A stretch of 63,531 nucleotides of DNA, counting the filler, from Octopus bimaculoides (taxonomy: Eukaryota), in NCBI RefSeq assembly GCF_001194135.2. It is 9 parts of 8 records of this genome, joined end to end, with 100 filler letters (N's around TTAATTAATTAA, not from the genome) between each part and the next. Parts side by side here need not be neighbours in the genome. Positions count along the whole stretch, not along the records: positions 1 to 12,241 come from NC_068989.1; positions 12,342 to 21,544 come from NC_068984.1; 7 more parts are not named here. One strand, 5' to 3'. The position numbers and the translations under genes are program-made. The notes below the pieces were generated by a model. The model worked only from the letters and a program-made list of their open reading frames with translations. It was not told the origin of the DNA and did no database searches. The first letter of the stretch is position 1; every line of letters starts with the position of its first letter. Of the stretch, positions 1 through 12,520 are shown one piece after another.

Positions 1-43
<43 letters not shown>

Positions 44-274
44 CATACATACATACGTATACCTATGTATACATACAAATACATACATATTTTTATAAAC
101 ATGCAAACAAACACACAGACATATATACAAACATATATATATAAATATATATAGTTAATTCAAATAAACAGACAATTCAAAACTGAAACATTCAAATAAA
201 AAAAGAAACGAAAAAACCGAACATGAGGACGTGCAAAAGAAATATATTAACCTGGGGCTCAATGAAAAGAGAGA

Positions 275-309
275 GTTCGACGTTTCGAGCATAGCTCTTT
301 GTCGGAAAG
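275..309 (-). ncRNA. Degenerate minimal hammerhead motif in a probable Penelope-like LTR fragment (~160-370)
   Basis: Minus strand reads TTT-CCGACAA-A-GAGC[TAT]GCTC-GAAA-CGTC^GAAC. Stem II and GAAACGTC are intact; the core is mutated (U4C, G8A). Confidence 0.5.
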
Positions 310-977
310 GAGAAACGTAAAGGTCCAAGGATGGAGAAGAAAGAGAAAGTGTTTTTGGGGACAGGAGTGTGTGAAGAAGGTCAGTATGTGTGTGCGTGTG
401 TAGACGGCCTCTGTGTGTGTATGTGTTAGTGTGAGTCGTGTGTGAGTGAGTGTGTGTGTGCGTGTGTGTTAGTGTTTGTGTCACATCAAAGCAGATCAAT
501 AACAGGTCATGGTGTCTGCAGTTGTGAAAAGTGTGTGAGTGGGTAGATGTGGCTGTGTGTGTATACGGGTGTTTACATGTGTGCGTGAGACGGAGTGGGA
601 GCGACTGTGAGTATATGTGCATGCGCATGTGTGTATGTGCGTGTGTGTATATTGTGTATGGGTGCGTATGTGTGTGTCTCTTTCTCTGTATCTTTCTCTT
701 CCTATATATCTCGCTCTGTATCTCTCTACCTCTTTGTATCTCTCTCTGTATATCACTCTCCCAGTATCTCTCTCTCTTAATATGTATATATGTGTGTATA
801 TGTGTGCGTGTGGTTATGTGTGTGCATACATGTGCATGTGTGGAAAGATATATATGCACATACAAGAGCACTGAGTATAAGCGTATATACGTATATTATA
901 TTTAAACGGAAAGTATCTAATAAGCCTTTTAAGGAGTCCTTGGTAAACACCAAAAATGCTTGAGGGCGCTGTATTTA

Positions 978-2257
978 CACGAGATGGTATCAAATGTTTC
1001 CGGACTAGCTCTGCAGCGCGCCAACAGATGGCAGCACACGGTAGCGTGCGCCGTGAGAGCTATCAGTGACCCTCATGAAACAGTGCATTGAGTGACATTG
1101 CTGTGCTTTCGCAAGTTGTGAAATTTGTGTTCTTGTAATCATGTATATGTTGTAGTCTGCGATGAGTGGAAGTTGGAACAAAGAGCCAACGTAAAATTTT
1201 GCGTTTAATTTGGGAAGTCTGCTACAGAGACATTGATATTCGGCAAGCTTACGATAATCGGTCGTACGAAATGAATCGAGTGGCACCGGCGCTTCAAAAG
1301 AAGAACATCCCCGGATGATGATGGGCGATCTGGAATACCAGCCATGAGTGCCACCATCAGAAATGTGGAGAAAATACATTACCTTGTGCATAAGGATGGT
1401 CGGAGGACAATCAACGACATTGCTGATGTTGTTGGTCTGTCGTACGGGCCTATGCAGGCAATCCTAACGTCTGAACTGAATATACGGCGTGCCTCTGGTA
1501 TGTTTGTCCCCCGCCCGCTGACCACTGAGCAGAAAGAACAGGGCGTCAAAGTCTGCCAAGATCCCCGTCAACGTGTCGCTGATGACCCATCTTTCATGTC
1601 GAGCACCATCACCGGTGACGAGAAATGGGTCTATGGGTACGACCCTCATACGAAGCAGCAGTCATCACAATGGAAGAGGCCTTCATCTCCACGACCGGAG
1701 GAGGGACTGCAGAGCCGCAGCTCAGTGAAGCCCATGCTCCTCTTTTTTATGGACATCCGCAGTATTGTGCATCGAGAATTCGTCTTCCAGGGCCAGACCG
1801 TCAATCGAGAGTTCTACTGCGACGTTTTGAAGTGTTTTAGGGAAGACATTCGGCGAAAGCGAACGGATCTGTGGAGCACGAAATATTAAATTCTTCACAA
1901 CGACTAAGCACCCTGTCACAGAGCTCTCCTCGCTCGTGAGTTTCTCTCCAAAAACAACATGGCATCGCTTTCGCACCCATGCTATTCGCCAGATTTAGCA
2001 TCTGCTTTCCCCAAGATGAAAAGGCAACTCAAATGTCGCCGATTTAACACCGTTGTCAAAATTCAGGGCGAATCGAAGAAGGTCCTCGATTTGCTTATGA
2101 AAAATGACTTCCAGACCGGACTCCAAAAGTGATAGGAACACTAGGACAGGTTCATTGCTGCACAAGGTGACTATTTCGAAGAAGACGATGTTAAAATTTA
2201 GTTAAATAAGTTATAATTATTGAACATAACTAGTCCGGGAACGTTTTGATACCACCT
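978..2257 (+). mobile_element. Decayed, near full-length mariner (DD34D) DNA transposon, ~1.28 kb
   Basis: Left end TA+CACGAGATGGTATCAAATGTTTCCGGACTAG (976-1008); degenerate right TIR CTAGTCCGGGAACGTTTTGATACCA (2230-2254). The disrupted transposase has LEQRANVKF, FVPRPLT, TGDEKWVYGYDP, HND*APCH and YSPDLA motifs, with frameshifts and stops. Confidence 0.92.
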
Positions 2258-4620
2258 TTCTTCTTCGTCAACTACCATTGCTTCAAATCGAAGATCGTGC
2301 GAACTGTGGTTGTAGCGAAAGAGAAAGTTAAGTCTGAAAATAGATAGAAAAAATATTATACGAGAGAATAACAAACGGGAAAGAAATAAAATATAAAAAT
2401 TCACATCCTGAGAATATTTCAAATTCAAATGATGAGAGTAGATATAAATATAATTGTAAGTGCAAAGACATTGTTTGCATTTGTGAATACATTTTCATAT
2501 TTAAATAATCGAAGCAACCGCGTTTCAATTTTTCAGTAAGGTAAATAGTATCATACTAATGTTTTCGTTATTAAATAGATATTTCTTTCGTTACTTTACT
2601 TGCTTACAATTTTTTTTTTGCTTCATTTTAGGAATATCAAAAGTTATTGCTTTTTTATTTACAGCAAACTTCAAAATATTCTTTTACAAAATATTTGATA
2701 CAGAATACTATGTACTAATATGGCCTAACTGTTATTCAATACTTCAGATGGTTTCTGTTGATAATTATCACTACATAAATTCGTCCAAATCATTTTAGAC
2801 CAGTAACTGATTGTTTAACAGTCTTGTGAGAGAAACAACATCTATATGATTCGAAAAAATGCCTTTTGACGTGTACAGATTGTTGAAGATATATGTGGCA
2901 TACAGAAATACATTTTATAAATAATTTTATATTCAAAAATTCAAATAATAACGTTGTACGTGTGTCAACGATGCAAAAAAAAAAATAAAATAAATAAAGC
3001 ACACGATATCTAAGTATGGTTTGCATAATGAAACAAAATTTATTATAATCATCATCAGTGTTTGCAATAATGGAACCAAATAAAGGGAAAAAAACAAATT
3101 GGTATTATCAAAAAATAATAGTGTCTAGAAATCACTATATTATATTATAACCAATACAATTTATCAAGTTTGTTTCGTCATATTTAGTAAAAAATTATTT
3201 TCGATATATTTTAGAATTCGCCAGTCTTTTCAGTGTGCTATTTTCAAACTCGCTCGACTGATATAATTTAAAACTGAAGATATTTCACATTAAACACCAA
3301 TTTATATATGATCAGTAATATATGTTGAAAATTCGCGGTTATTTGGAAATTATGGAAGTTTATAGAGAACTTGCTAAATACACAATTATATAATTTATAT
3401 TAGAATTACTTGGTTCTTGAGATGGCGTAATATCTACTCCTGATGGTGGAGGTTAGGAAGAAAACAATTTAGAAAATATATTCTTCGTGATACGCTGGTC
3501 ATTTCTATGTTGAGATTTGGCGTCCATATGTTTTCATCTTTCTGTCAAGGAATAAAGAATCTTAACTATCAAATGAAATCGAACACATAATCTATATTTT
3601 ACTTCGTATCTACAGCATAGAGAATACGACCATTTGTGTGATAAAGTGTGCACAAATTTTAATTTTATGTACAACATGCTTATCTTTATATCAACAAAAA
3701 TGTGCATAGTGTTGGAGTTACATCAGCAGTGTCATTGAACGTAGTACAGATGTTGTTTCTATGCAAGTGTGGATTTGAAAATTAAATTTATCAGTAACAT
3801 ATGTATCATATTTAATTCAAAATATTTATTGTCAGAGACAGTTCCTAAAATCCACGGATAGTTTGGAGCTTAAGCAAATCGAATAGATCGCTTTGCATAT
3901 TACAATGCGTTCAAAGCAGTTGATTCAATGAATAAATTACTGATGTTAACAATGCTTTGTTTCAATATTATACTTATCTACAGAATAATTCTATAGACTT
4001 TAACACTATGTAACAGGCAGGCGTGAACATTTTGTCTTTATATATTATATTTTCGTTGACAAAGGAAAGAGGGATCAGCGAGCTTGGTTTCAATCTTTTA
4101 TTTAGATGTCATTATTGACTGAGTTCTCCCTTTTAGTGCCGATAAACATTTTACAATTTACTACGCTTTTCAAATTGTCCAACGAATTATATACATACTT
4201 ATAAACAAATAAATATGGTGTACTCAATAAATTATACACACCACATTTATGCCCGCGACTCTTACGTTGTTACATAGGTAGGCAATAGCAGAATAGCATG
4301 CATACATGCCAGTATGACTTCGTAATACGTACGATGCTTTCGCTAATTACTCTAGGTGCTTATATAATCTTGAGCAAGCATAGACACACTCACAAGTCTG
4401 TAAGAGATCTGAGAAAAATTCAGGTTACGATAGCTGGACAGAGATAGCTAATCAAGCACTGAGCTAATGCTTATTTTCAGGTGAGTAGACAGGACTATAT
4501 GAAAAAAAGTACCTTGCTCAGGGAAATAAAACAAAGCGCATCCACTGAGGTTCATGAGCCTAATATCAAAGCCACTAGACGAATATTATCGATCTTAGAG
4601 AAAGTTTTATATATTGTGAA

Positions 4621-4665
<45 letters not shown>

Positions 4666-4847
4666 AGATCACTGAGCACTACATTTATATTTTTTCTCCT
4701 TGTTTCTCTCCTCATTCTTTCTGTGTGCAGAAGCTGCATTAATACCGAAAGGTATTATATATATATATATATATATACATGTATGGTATACACGCATATA
4801 TTCACAGACAGACAAACAAAGAGATAGACAGGCAGATAGATAAGTAA

Positions 4848-4927
<80 letters not shown>

Positions 4928-5249
4928 GTACAGTAGACAGTGAAACTTATGTGAGAGATTAGGTGAAAAGTTCAGTGAGCACAAAAACAACGATATGGAA
5001 ATGAAAACCTGCATTCATATCTTATCAATATGCTCCAGATAAAGCAAAAAAGAATTTCGTTTAATCAATAGACAAACTGTAGTTATCATGTCAACACATT
5101 CCTTTGATGCAATGCTAAGACAGTTATCCGAATCAGTCTACGTAATTTCAAAAACAGTGACACTGTACTATATTGAAGATGAGGATAAATGCATTTCATT
5201 GCTTCGTTCATGTTCATATATGCAAGCATAATATCTAGGTATATATATA

Positions 5250-5280
<31 letters not shown>

Positions 5281-5606
5281 NNNNNNNNNNNNNNNNNNNN
5301 NNNNNNNNNNNNNNNNNNNNNNNNNNNNNNNNNNNNNNNNNNNNNNNNNNNNNNNNNNNNNNNNNNNNNNNNNNNNNNNNNNNNNNNNNNNNNNNNNNNN
5401 NNNNNNNNNNNNNNNNNNNNNNNNNNNNNNNNNNNNNNNNNNNNNNNNNNNNNNNNNNNNNNNNNNNNNNNNNNNNNNNNNNNNNNNNNNNNNNNNNNNN
5501 NNNNNNNNNNNNNNNNNNNNNNNNNNNNNNNNNNNNNNNNNNNNNNNNNNNNNNNNNNNNNNNNNNNNNNNNNNNNNNNNNNNNNNNNNNNNNNNNNNNN
5601 NNNNNN

Positions 5607-6185
5607 TATACAAAAAAGATCGCCACAGTCCAGCAGATGAACTACAGGGAGCGACTGCAGGCACTAGGTCTCTACTCCCTGGAACGCAGGCGGGAGAGAT
5701 ATGTAATAATATACATATGGAAAATACTGGAAGAACTGGTGCCAAACTTTGGCATCAAGTACTACAGGAATGCCCGCACGGGTCGCCACTGCATGGTGCC
5801 AAAGGTGCCGTCCACTGCATCTCACATAAGAACAAGATACTGCAGCAGCCTCGGTTTCAGAGGACCTCAGCTCTTCAATGCCCTGCCAAAACATTTGAGA
5901 GACCTGCAAGACACGGATGTGGAGGTCTTCAAGACAAAACTCGACGCTTTCCTATCCACGATACCAGACGAACCAACGACTCGAAATGAGACACAGTTTA
6001 GGGCAGCGATGTCAAATTCTTTTATACACCAGATGTGCCATCAAAACTCTTGATTGGACTATATCAGGTGCAGGAGAAGAGCCATGCAAGGAACGTGAAG
6101 AGAGCAAAGCATAAAGACAGAAAATCACGGTGGTGCTCCAGCATGACCACAGCCACTTGGCTGAAACCCATAAATAAAATAAATA
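5607..6185 (+). mobile_element. 3' end of a CR1-group LINE (ORF2 C-terminus plus 3' UTR)
   Basis: YTKKI...MNYRERLQALGLYSLERRRERYVIIYIWKI...SLGFRGPQLFNALPKHLRD...FKTKLDAFLSTIPDEP, stop at 6053, then a UTR ending in TAAAA repeats. The 5' part is lost in an N gap. Confidence 0.85.
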
Positions 6186-6293
6186 CATAGGTATATATGT
6201 ATAAATATATATGCATATATATACATACGTGCATGCAAACATAATGTGTATCTATCTATCTATATATATATATATATATACATACATACACAT

Positions 6294-6339
<46 letters not shown>

Positions 6340-6341
<2 letters not shown>

Positions 6342-6705
6342 ATGGATTCTCTTGTCGTGACGATAAATGAGGATTCAGTAAAATAAATCATTAGTCATGT
6401 TCTATGGACACGAATATGTTTCTTGAGGCCTGCTGGTGCCTTGCAAACCATTTGGCAAATGGAACAAGTTGAGGACTCGGTTTGCTTGAGTGCTTATGGA
6501 CCATTCACTATCTGTTTTCTTGAGTGGGTGGCAAGGCCTGATTTCGTTCGTGCCACAAAACCACAATGACAGGTAAGGTTTCCATTTAGCGTTTTGTCAG
6601 CGTACCTTCATGCTTGCATGAAGTTTGTTTCGATGCTGGAGTCGACTTTGCTCAAATCTTTGAACTGAGTAGAAGCAAGACTGGCGTCCCTGAACTTTTC
6701 GCCTA
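6340..6705 (-). mobile_element. 3' end of an RTE (BovB-like) LINE with C-terminal C2H2-like fingers
   Basis: The minus strand encodes fragments FEQSRLQHR..., LTCHCGFVARTKSGLATHSR and TCSICQMVCKAPAGLKKHIRVH. Confidence 0.65.
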
Positions 6706-8078
6706 ATACCCTCATATATAGGTTTCATAGTCTACTGTGTTTATCTATCTATCTATCTATCTATCTATTAGTCTGTCTGTCTGTCTATATATATGTGAGT
6801 GCGCGCGCGCGTGTGTGTGTGTGTGTGCGGTATGTATTATAGGTGCCATAGGACAAACAAGAAAATATATAGCTCCAGACATGAATGAGTATACCGCTTT
6901 ATCATTTTTAAACGGCAGAAAGTTATAAATTGAACTCAGATCTGTAAGTTTCGTCTGTGACACTCTGGTAAGTGCCATACGCTAAACACTCTTTTGCTCA
7001 TGCATATTCAAAACCTTCTGCCGATCAAAGACAATAAAAATATATGCATATAGGTGTGTGCATATATATTTATATATATATATGTGCGCGCGTGTGGGTG
7101 TGTGAGTGTCTGTGTGCGTGTGTGTGCGTGTGTGTGTGTTTGTGTGATAAGATGTTTTCTTCGCAGCTACATGACTCCTGGTTCGTTCAGCCGTACTGTG
7201 TGGGTCCCTTGTATAAGTGGGGTCACACAGCAATTCACTTCATTTCCAGATGATCCGTAGTATTAATAGTATTGATAAGCCACAGTAATGGTGAAATATC
7301 ATTATCTAGTTTCCTCGCCCTGTCTCTAACAATTCGGTGTTCTTCATTACTCGCTGCCGTGTAGGAAGCCTTCCCTGTACGCTAGCCACAGCAAATTTTG
7401 GCGTATAAATAAAACACATACACTATGTATGTTGCCCAATAAGATTCACATTACAAGAACTGCTTTCAGTTCGTTTTACGTATACTTATATTGTTATATA
7501 AAAAGAACACAAAATTTGTTTTGTGTTTAATCACTCATTATAGGTTTTTTTATGTCTCAGAAACACTTTACAACAAATGTAAATAGATATCTGCTTATTT
7601 TATTAGACAAAAGCAGAGGGGTTGACTGACCATAGTTTCGGTCGCAGGTTGCTTACAAGTCACCTGCAATGCTATCGATGCCGACAAACAAGATTTGTTA
7701 AACGCAAATCGGATACACTCACTCACAGTCTGTAACTATATTTTCGGAATTGTGTGTTTTACAATTGAGACCGAAACTTGATCATACCAAACTCGATTTT
7801 GCAAACAGGCGTTTGTTTACATTTGTCATAATGTGATCATTACACATAAACAAATCTATGCAGACAGCTAAAACATAAGATCTTTGATTATCTATGTCAG
7901 CTATTTAGTGCATTGATAATTAAAACTATTTGTATTTGTAAATTTATATTGTTATATCATATTTCATTTCAGATAGATTCTTACATATTGTCTTCTTCCA
8001 CAGCAAATGAGGACATCAACTTATCAAGAATCTAATGTCATTTTATGCATGTATGTATATACATACATACACATGTAC

Positions 8079-8148
<70 letters not shown>

Positions 8149-8469
8149 AGAGAAAAAAGGTGGCCAGAATTTTGGAAATTTAAAAATTTATTTGTTCATT
8201 ATTATCAGCACATTCGTTCGTTTCTCGAACTTGTCAAACAGAATTTTTTGAATGTACAAACACCTTGTTCATTTATATAAAACATGTTTTTAGAGGGAGT
8301 GGGGTTGTAGAGAAGAGAGCATTGATTTTTTTGTGGTGAGATTCCATGACAATGGAGATAGAAAGATAGGTCGGTAGATAGGTTGATATATATATATATA
8401 TATGAAAATTAACAGAATGAGATGAAAATCTAAGGGTGTGAAAGATTTCAGAACATTTATAAATAGAAG

Positions 8470-8517
8470 GTCTTACAGCTGTTTCTGGGATATTTTATAT
8501 ATCCCTTCATCGGAGAC
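8470..8517 (-). ncRNA. Minimal hammerhead ribozyme-like motif, left arm of palindrome
   Basis: Exact reverse complement of 8820-8867. Confidence 0.65.
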
Positions 8518-8819
8518 GGTGAGAAAATGGTTAAGCAATAGTTATTCTAAGATATGAAATAGAGAGTAAAGTGGAGGAATGAAAATAGACGTAAGATATG
8601 CAGGGATATTTTATCTGCAGTTCCATTATTTAGGCAGAATGGTCTACATATAAGTTTCCTGTACCGGTACAGGAATCTTATATGTATACCATTCTGCCTA
8701 AATAATGGAACTGCAGATACAATATCCCTGAATATCTCACGTCTATTTTCATTCCTCCACTTCACTCTCTATTTCATATCTTACCTAGAATAACTATTGC
8801 TTAACCATTTTCTCACACC

Positions 8820-8867
8820 GTCTCCGATGAAGGGATATATAAAATATCCCAGAAACAGCTGTAAGAC
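8820..8867 (+). ncRNA. Minimal type-I hammerhead ribozyme-like motif (Penelope-type), right arm of palindrome
   Basis: Reads GTCT-CCGATGA-A-GGGATAT[ATAAA]ATATCCC-A-GAAA-C[AGCT]G-TA^AGAC. Stem I is GTCT/AGAC, the core is C(U>C)GAUGA, stem II is 7 bp, then GAAA and a palindromic stem-III loop. Predicted cleavage is after 8863. The U4C change and A.A at the base of stem II are atypical. Confidence 0.65.
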
Positions 8868-9090
8868 CTATTTATAAATGTTCTGAAATCTTTCACAGCC
8901 TTGGTTTTTAATATCGTTCTGTTAATTTTTTTATATATACACATACTGATATTTGACCTACGTTGGACTCCTCATTCGCATAATCACCGGACCTGGAGCT
9001 TAACTATAGTCTGTCCATAGCACCTACTCAGCATTACCTGACACCTTTAGGTCTTCTTCACACCATTACCTCTCATAACTTATATGTATG

Positions 9091-9132
<42 letters not shown>

Positions 9133-9199
9133 TGTATGTAGAATGTGCGGAGTATTTGAGGACATTCAATTATCATTATATTCCTTTCTTCAAACCAAT

Positions 9200-10135
9200 T
9201 AAAAGTTCTTAGTTCTCGCAAATCCCCGTGACAGATCAAATGCTGACGCAAGAAAAGAAATCATTATCGCTTTATGTACAGAACACAGGGATTTAGAAAT
9301 TACCGACTTTCTAAACTTTGCAAGATCTTTTGTACAGATATTTCAGATGGAATTGGAAGCGCCTGGTATTAAAGAGAAAATATTTTAAACTTTCGGATTC
9401 TATAAAGACGTTGGAACAAGGATATTATTGACGGCAGACAATCAATGAAGGCCATTCATTTTAGGAATAGACTATCAGATCTGTGATACACATGGACATT
9501 CAATACAACTCGCGTGTATTAAGGAGAAGACAATTCATACCTACGAATTTATAGGGAAACCGTTTGAGCTATTGCCAAACGGTTACTTGACAACGTAAAA
9601 GACTTTCTCGAACGTGTCATGTTTTGGTTCTTCCCCGATGAGAAAAACTTCGATGATAACCAAAGTCTAGCAGGGGAAATGATAGAAGGTTATGGTGCAT
9701 ATGCTTTTGATGTCCTTAAAATGATACGCACTAAGTTTCTAGCAACTGTAATGGTTTTAGGAGTGGAGGGTGACGAAGGTCATGTCACATCTTATCACAG
9801 TTTCATAGCATTTAATGCTGCTAGATACGTTGAGGTGCTCCAGATAGTTGTCAAATTCTGAACAGAAGAAGTACGCATTAGGAGGGAATACGTGTTCCAA
9901 TAAGACTTAGCCCCTTATAAAAACCGTGTAATCCAAAAATGGATGTTAAGCAATGTCTACGATCATATAACACCAAACTTTTGGCCTCTAAACTCGCCAG
10001 ATTTGAATCCATTGGAGAATTACGTTTGAAGAGTTGTTGAAAGGGAAATTAATCGATATTCTCACGAAACCATTGGCTTATTGAAAACCGCCATTGTCCA
10101 AGTGATGTCTGGAATGAATGAAGAAAATAAATACC
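9200..10135 (+). mobile_element. Decayed maT-type (DD37D, Tc1/mariner superfamily) transposase relic
   Basis: FWFFPDEKNFD, TKFLATVMVLGV, YVFQ*DLAP and FWPLNSPDLNPLENYV*RVVERE motifs are broken by stops and frameshifts. TIRs were not identified. Confidence 0.8.
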
Positions 10136-11102
10136 ATTGAGCACTGGGGTTGATGTAATCAACTTACCCTTTCACCAAAATTGCTGGCCATGTGCCAAAA
10201 TTTGAACCCAATAATTACTATTAATGGAACGAAAAAAGAAGAAAAATTATAAAGACTTGAATAAATTTGTAATTAAATAAAAGTACAATATAGATAGAAA
10301 ACCAGAGATTTGAACCGGAAAGAGACTAAAGACATTAATGCTCAAAGTTCAAGCAACATTAATATATTAAGGCGGTGCACCAGCACGACCGCAGTCACAT
10401 GACTGAAACAAGTAAAAGAATAAAAGAATACAGGTCCAATATTCAACAAAAGAAAGCAAGATCTGAAGAAATGATCCACGGAATCTGATAACATAACAAA
10501 AAATAGTTATTAATAAATACTCTTAATTTTCCTTAAATACTTTCCTGAATTGTAGTTAAATTTAGATTTTAAGAGAGGCAGCAACAAACAAATCTTGATA
10601 TGAAAACAGTGCGATGTGTGAGAAAAATCATCTGTCTCAACCAACCAGTCACAATCAGATGTAGCTAACATTTCAGGTAGAAACTTTCAGATGCAATACG
10701 TTCGAAATTGTTCGCCAGAGGCTGTAGCAAGGAAGAAGAATTAACGAAGCTGCAACACTGATGTTATTCGTAGAGAATGCATTAGTGAAACATGAGCAAT
10801 TTAGCATTGTAACAGTAAATTGAACTGCTTATATTTAGGTTAACTCTACCAACGGCTCGTCTTGAGTTGAGCTGTTAAGCATCAACAAATTGCGCCAAGC
10901 ACACCTTCCAGAATACCTAAGATACGCATCCCCAGGAGCATGTTCTATAGTATAATGATAGAATGCAAGGATTGCATGCTGTTTGCGAAGTGTTTATAAG
11001 AGTATGCTTGACATATAAAGGCCGCTGTGAAGTGTATCAATGTCAGCCGTAGGCCAAAGGAAACAGATGCACACGACAGCTCAGAGTGACTGTTGTATCA
11101 CA

Positions 11103-11970
11103 TACAGAGTGTTTGGATAAAATTTCACACTTTGCATTAAAGTAAAAGGAAACAATATCCCGTCCAAAAATAAAAGTATCTTTAAAAAATCAAATAATAT
11201 CAACCAGATTATGGCTGAGAGATAACAGTTTAGTCAAGGAAGCCGCCCTCAGCTTCCACCACGGCCTCAAGACGACTCCGGAACCTATCACATGCGTTCC
11301 ACATTGTGTCACAAGGAAAATCTTCGAACTCCTCCTTAATTTTGCCCCCCACCCCACCCAACTCGGCTTTGGTGTTGTATTTTGTTTTTCCAACGGCGCC
11401 TAAAACAAGTAATACAATCGGAGAAAATAGGAGATTAGAAGTTGGGGCTGGTGAAGTAGTAGAAATTCTCCGACAACCACTTTTGACTCTTTCCGGAGGT
11501 ATGGTAAGGAGCTGAGATCTACTGCTACACACGTGGCTCTTCAGCAGCAACTCTTTCCAACCAGTGATTGACCACAGTCTCCAGTGAAGTCTGAACTGAG
11601 TCTAATCCTCTGTTCAATGGTGTGCGGTGGCGTGACGTCACCGTTGTTGGTGACACAACCAAAGACCATCACAGTTTGGAGAACTTAGTTTTCATGATAT
11701 CCATGCCACGTCTTTCAGCATTTACAGTGTTCACAATGCATTGAGCAGCTGTCATAGTGTCGACGTTTTGATACTCAGCGCGAATCATCATGTCACAGAT
11801 AACTCTTTTCCAGTATTCAGATGGCTTCCAGTCTTCCATACCAGCTATTTTTTCTTAAATACAGCCTCAGTCTTTATGCTCTCCAATGTCGTTGACTATT
11901 CACCAATATATCAAGCTCTTCCTGAAAAAGAGATATGAAATATAGTCAAATTTAACTCGAACACCGTGTA
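11103..11970 (-). mobile_element. Internally deleted maT-type (DD37D) transposon with TIRs
   Basis: The ends TACAGAGTGTTTGGATAAAATTT (11103-11125) and AAATTTAACTCGAACACCGTGTA (11948-11970) are imperfect inverted repeats with TA ends. The minus strand encodes relics TKFSQTVMVFGCV..GDVTPPH, QKWLSENF..FTSPNF and ACDRFRSRLEAVVEAEGGFLD*. The DNA-binding half is absent. Confidence 0.8.
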
Positions 11971-12181
11971 TGGATTCCAGAGAAAATTTAAGCTACTTCA
12001 AGTTATATGTACCTGTGTACACACAACCAGTAAGCATTCCATCTTTGTATTAAATTTATCGGTGGTAATTGCAACTACATAAATTGCATTGAATCCTTTC
12101 TAGGTGGTGGCCTTTAGCTTTTTTAAGAAGGAAGGACGAATGACAATTAAGTCTGAAGGAGTATTATAAGTGCATGTGTGC

Positions 12182-12241
<60 letters not shown>

Positions 12242-12341
12242 NNNNNNNNNNNNNNNNNNNNNNNNNNNNNNNNNNNNNNNNNNNNTTAATTAATTAANNN
12301 NNNNNNNNNNNNNNNNNNNNNNNNNNNNNNNNNNNNNNNNN

Positions 12342-12377
<36 letters not shown>

Positions 12378-12478
12378 GTAATACATACATGTGCAAATAA
12401 TGCATGTGTAACACATTTGTGTGTGCTGCAAACATATTTGGTGAATGGACAATACAATTTCTCTTCAAATAATAAATG

Positions 12479-12520
<42 letters not shown>

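Larger units (their letters stand above)
8395..8940. repeat. ~540-bp spacer-less near-perfect palindrome (probable head-to-head Penelope-like pseudo-LTR pair or foldback element)
   Basis: Centre TTCCTGTACC|GGTACAGGAA at 8665/8666. The arms match out to about 8395 and 8940, with scattered substitutions and 2-4 nt indels. Confidence 0.9.

Noticed and set aside
155-905. Long ORFs rich in H/T/Y/I/V/C (and dozens of similar ORFs across the window)
   Set aside because: Translations of (CA)n, (TA)n, (TG)n and trinucleotide microsatellites, or read-through of N gaps.
1344-1889. Intact mariner transposase gene
   Set aside because: Only a fragment. The N-terminus is in another frame with stops, and the second catalytic motif is interrupted (HND*APCH).
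4440-4490. Strong donor CAG|GTGAGT at 4480
   Set aside because: No coding exon or partner exon identifiable; an isolated splice-like motif is insufficient.
12286-12297. TTAATTAATTAA islands centred in 100-nt N gaps (also 21589, 30153, 39720, 46954, 55424, 57585, 61273)
   Set aside because: Identical palindromic six-frame-stop linker with 44 N on each side: a scaffolding artefact, not biology.
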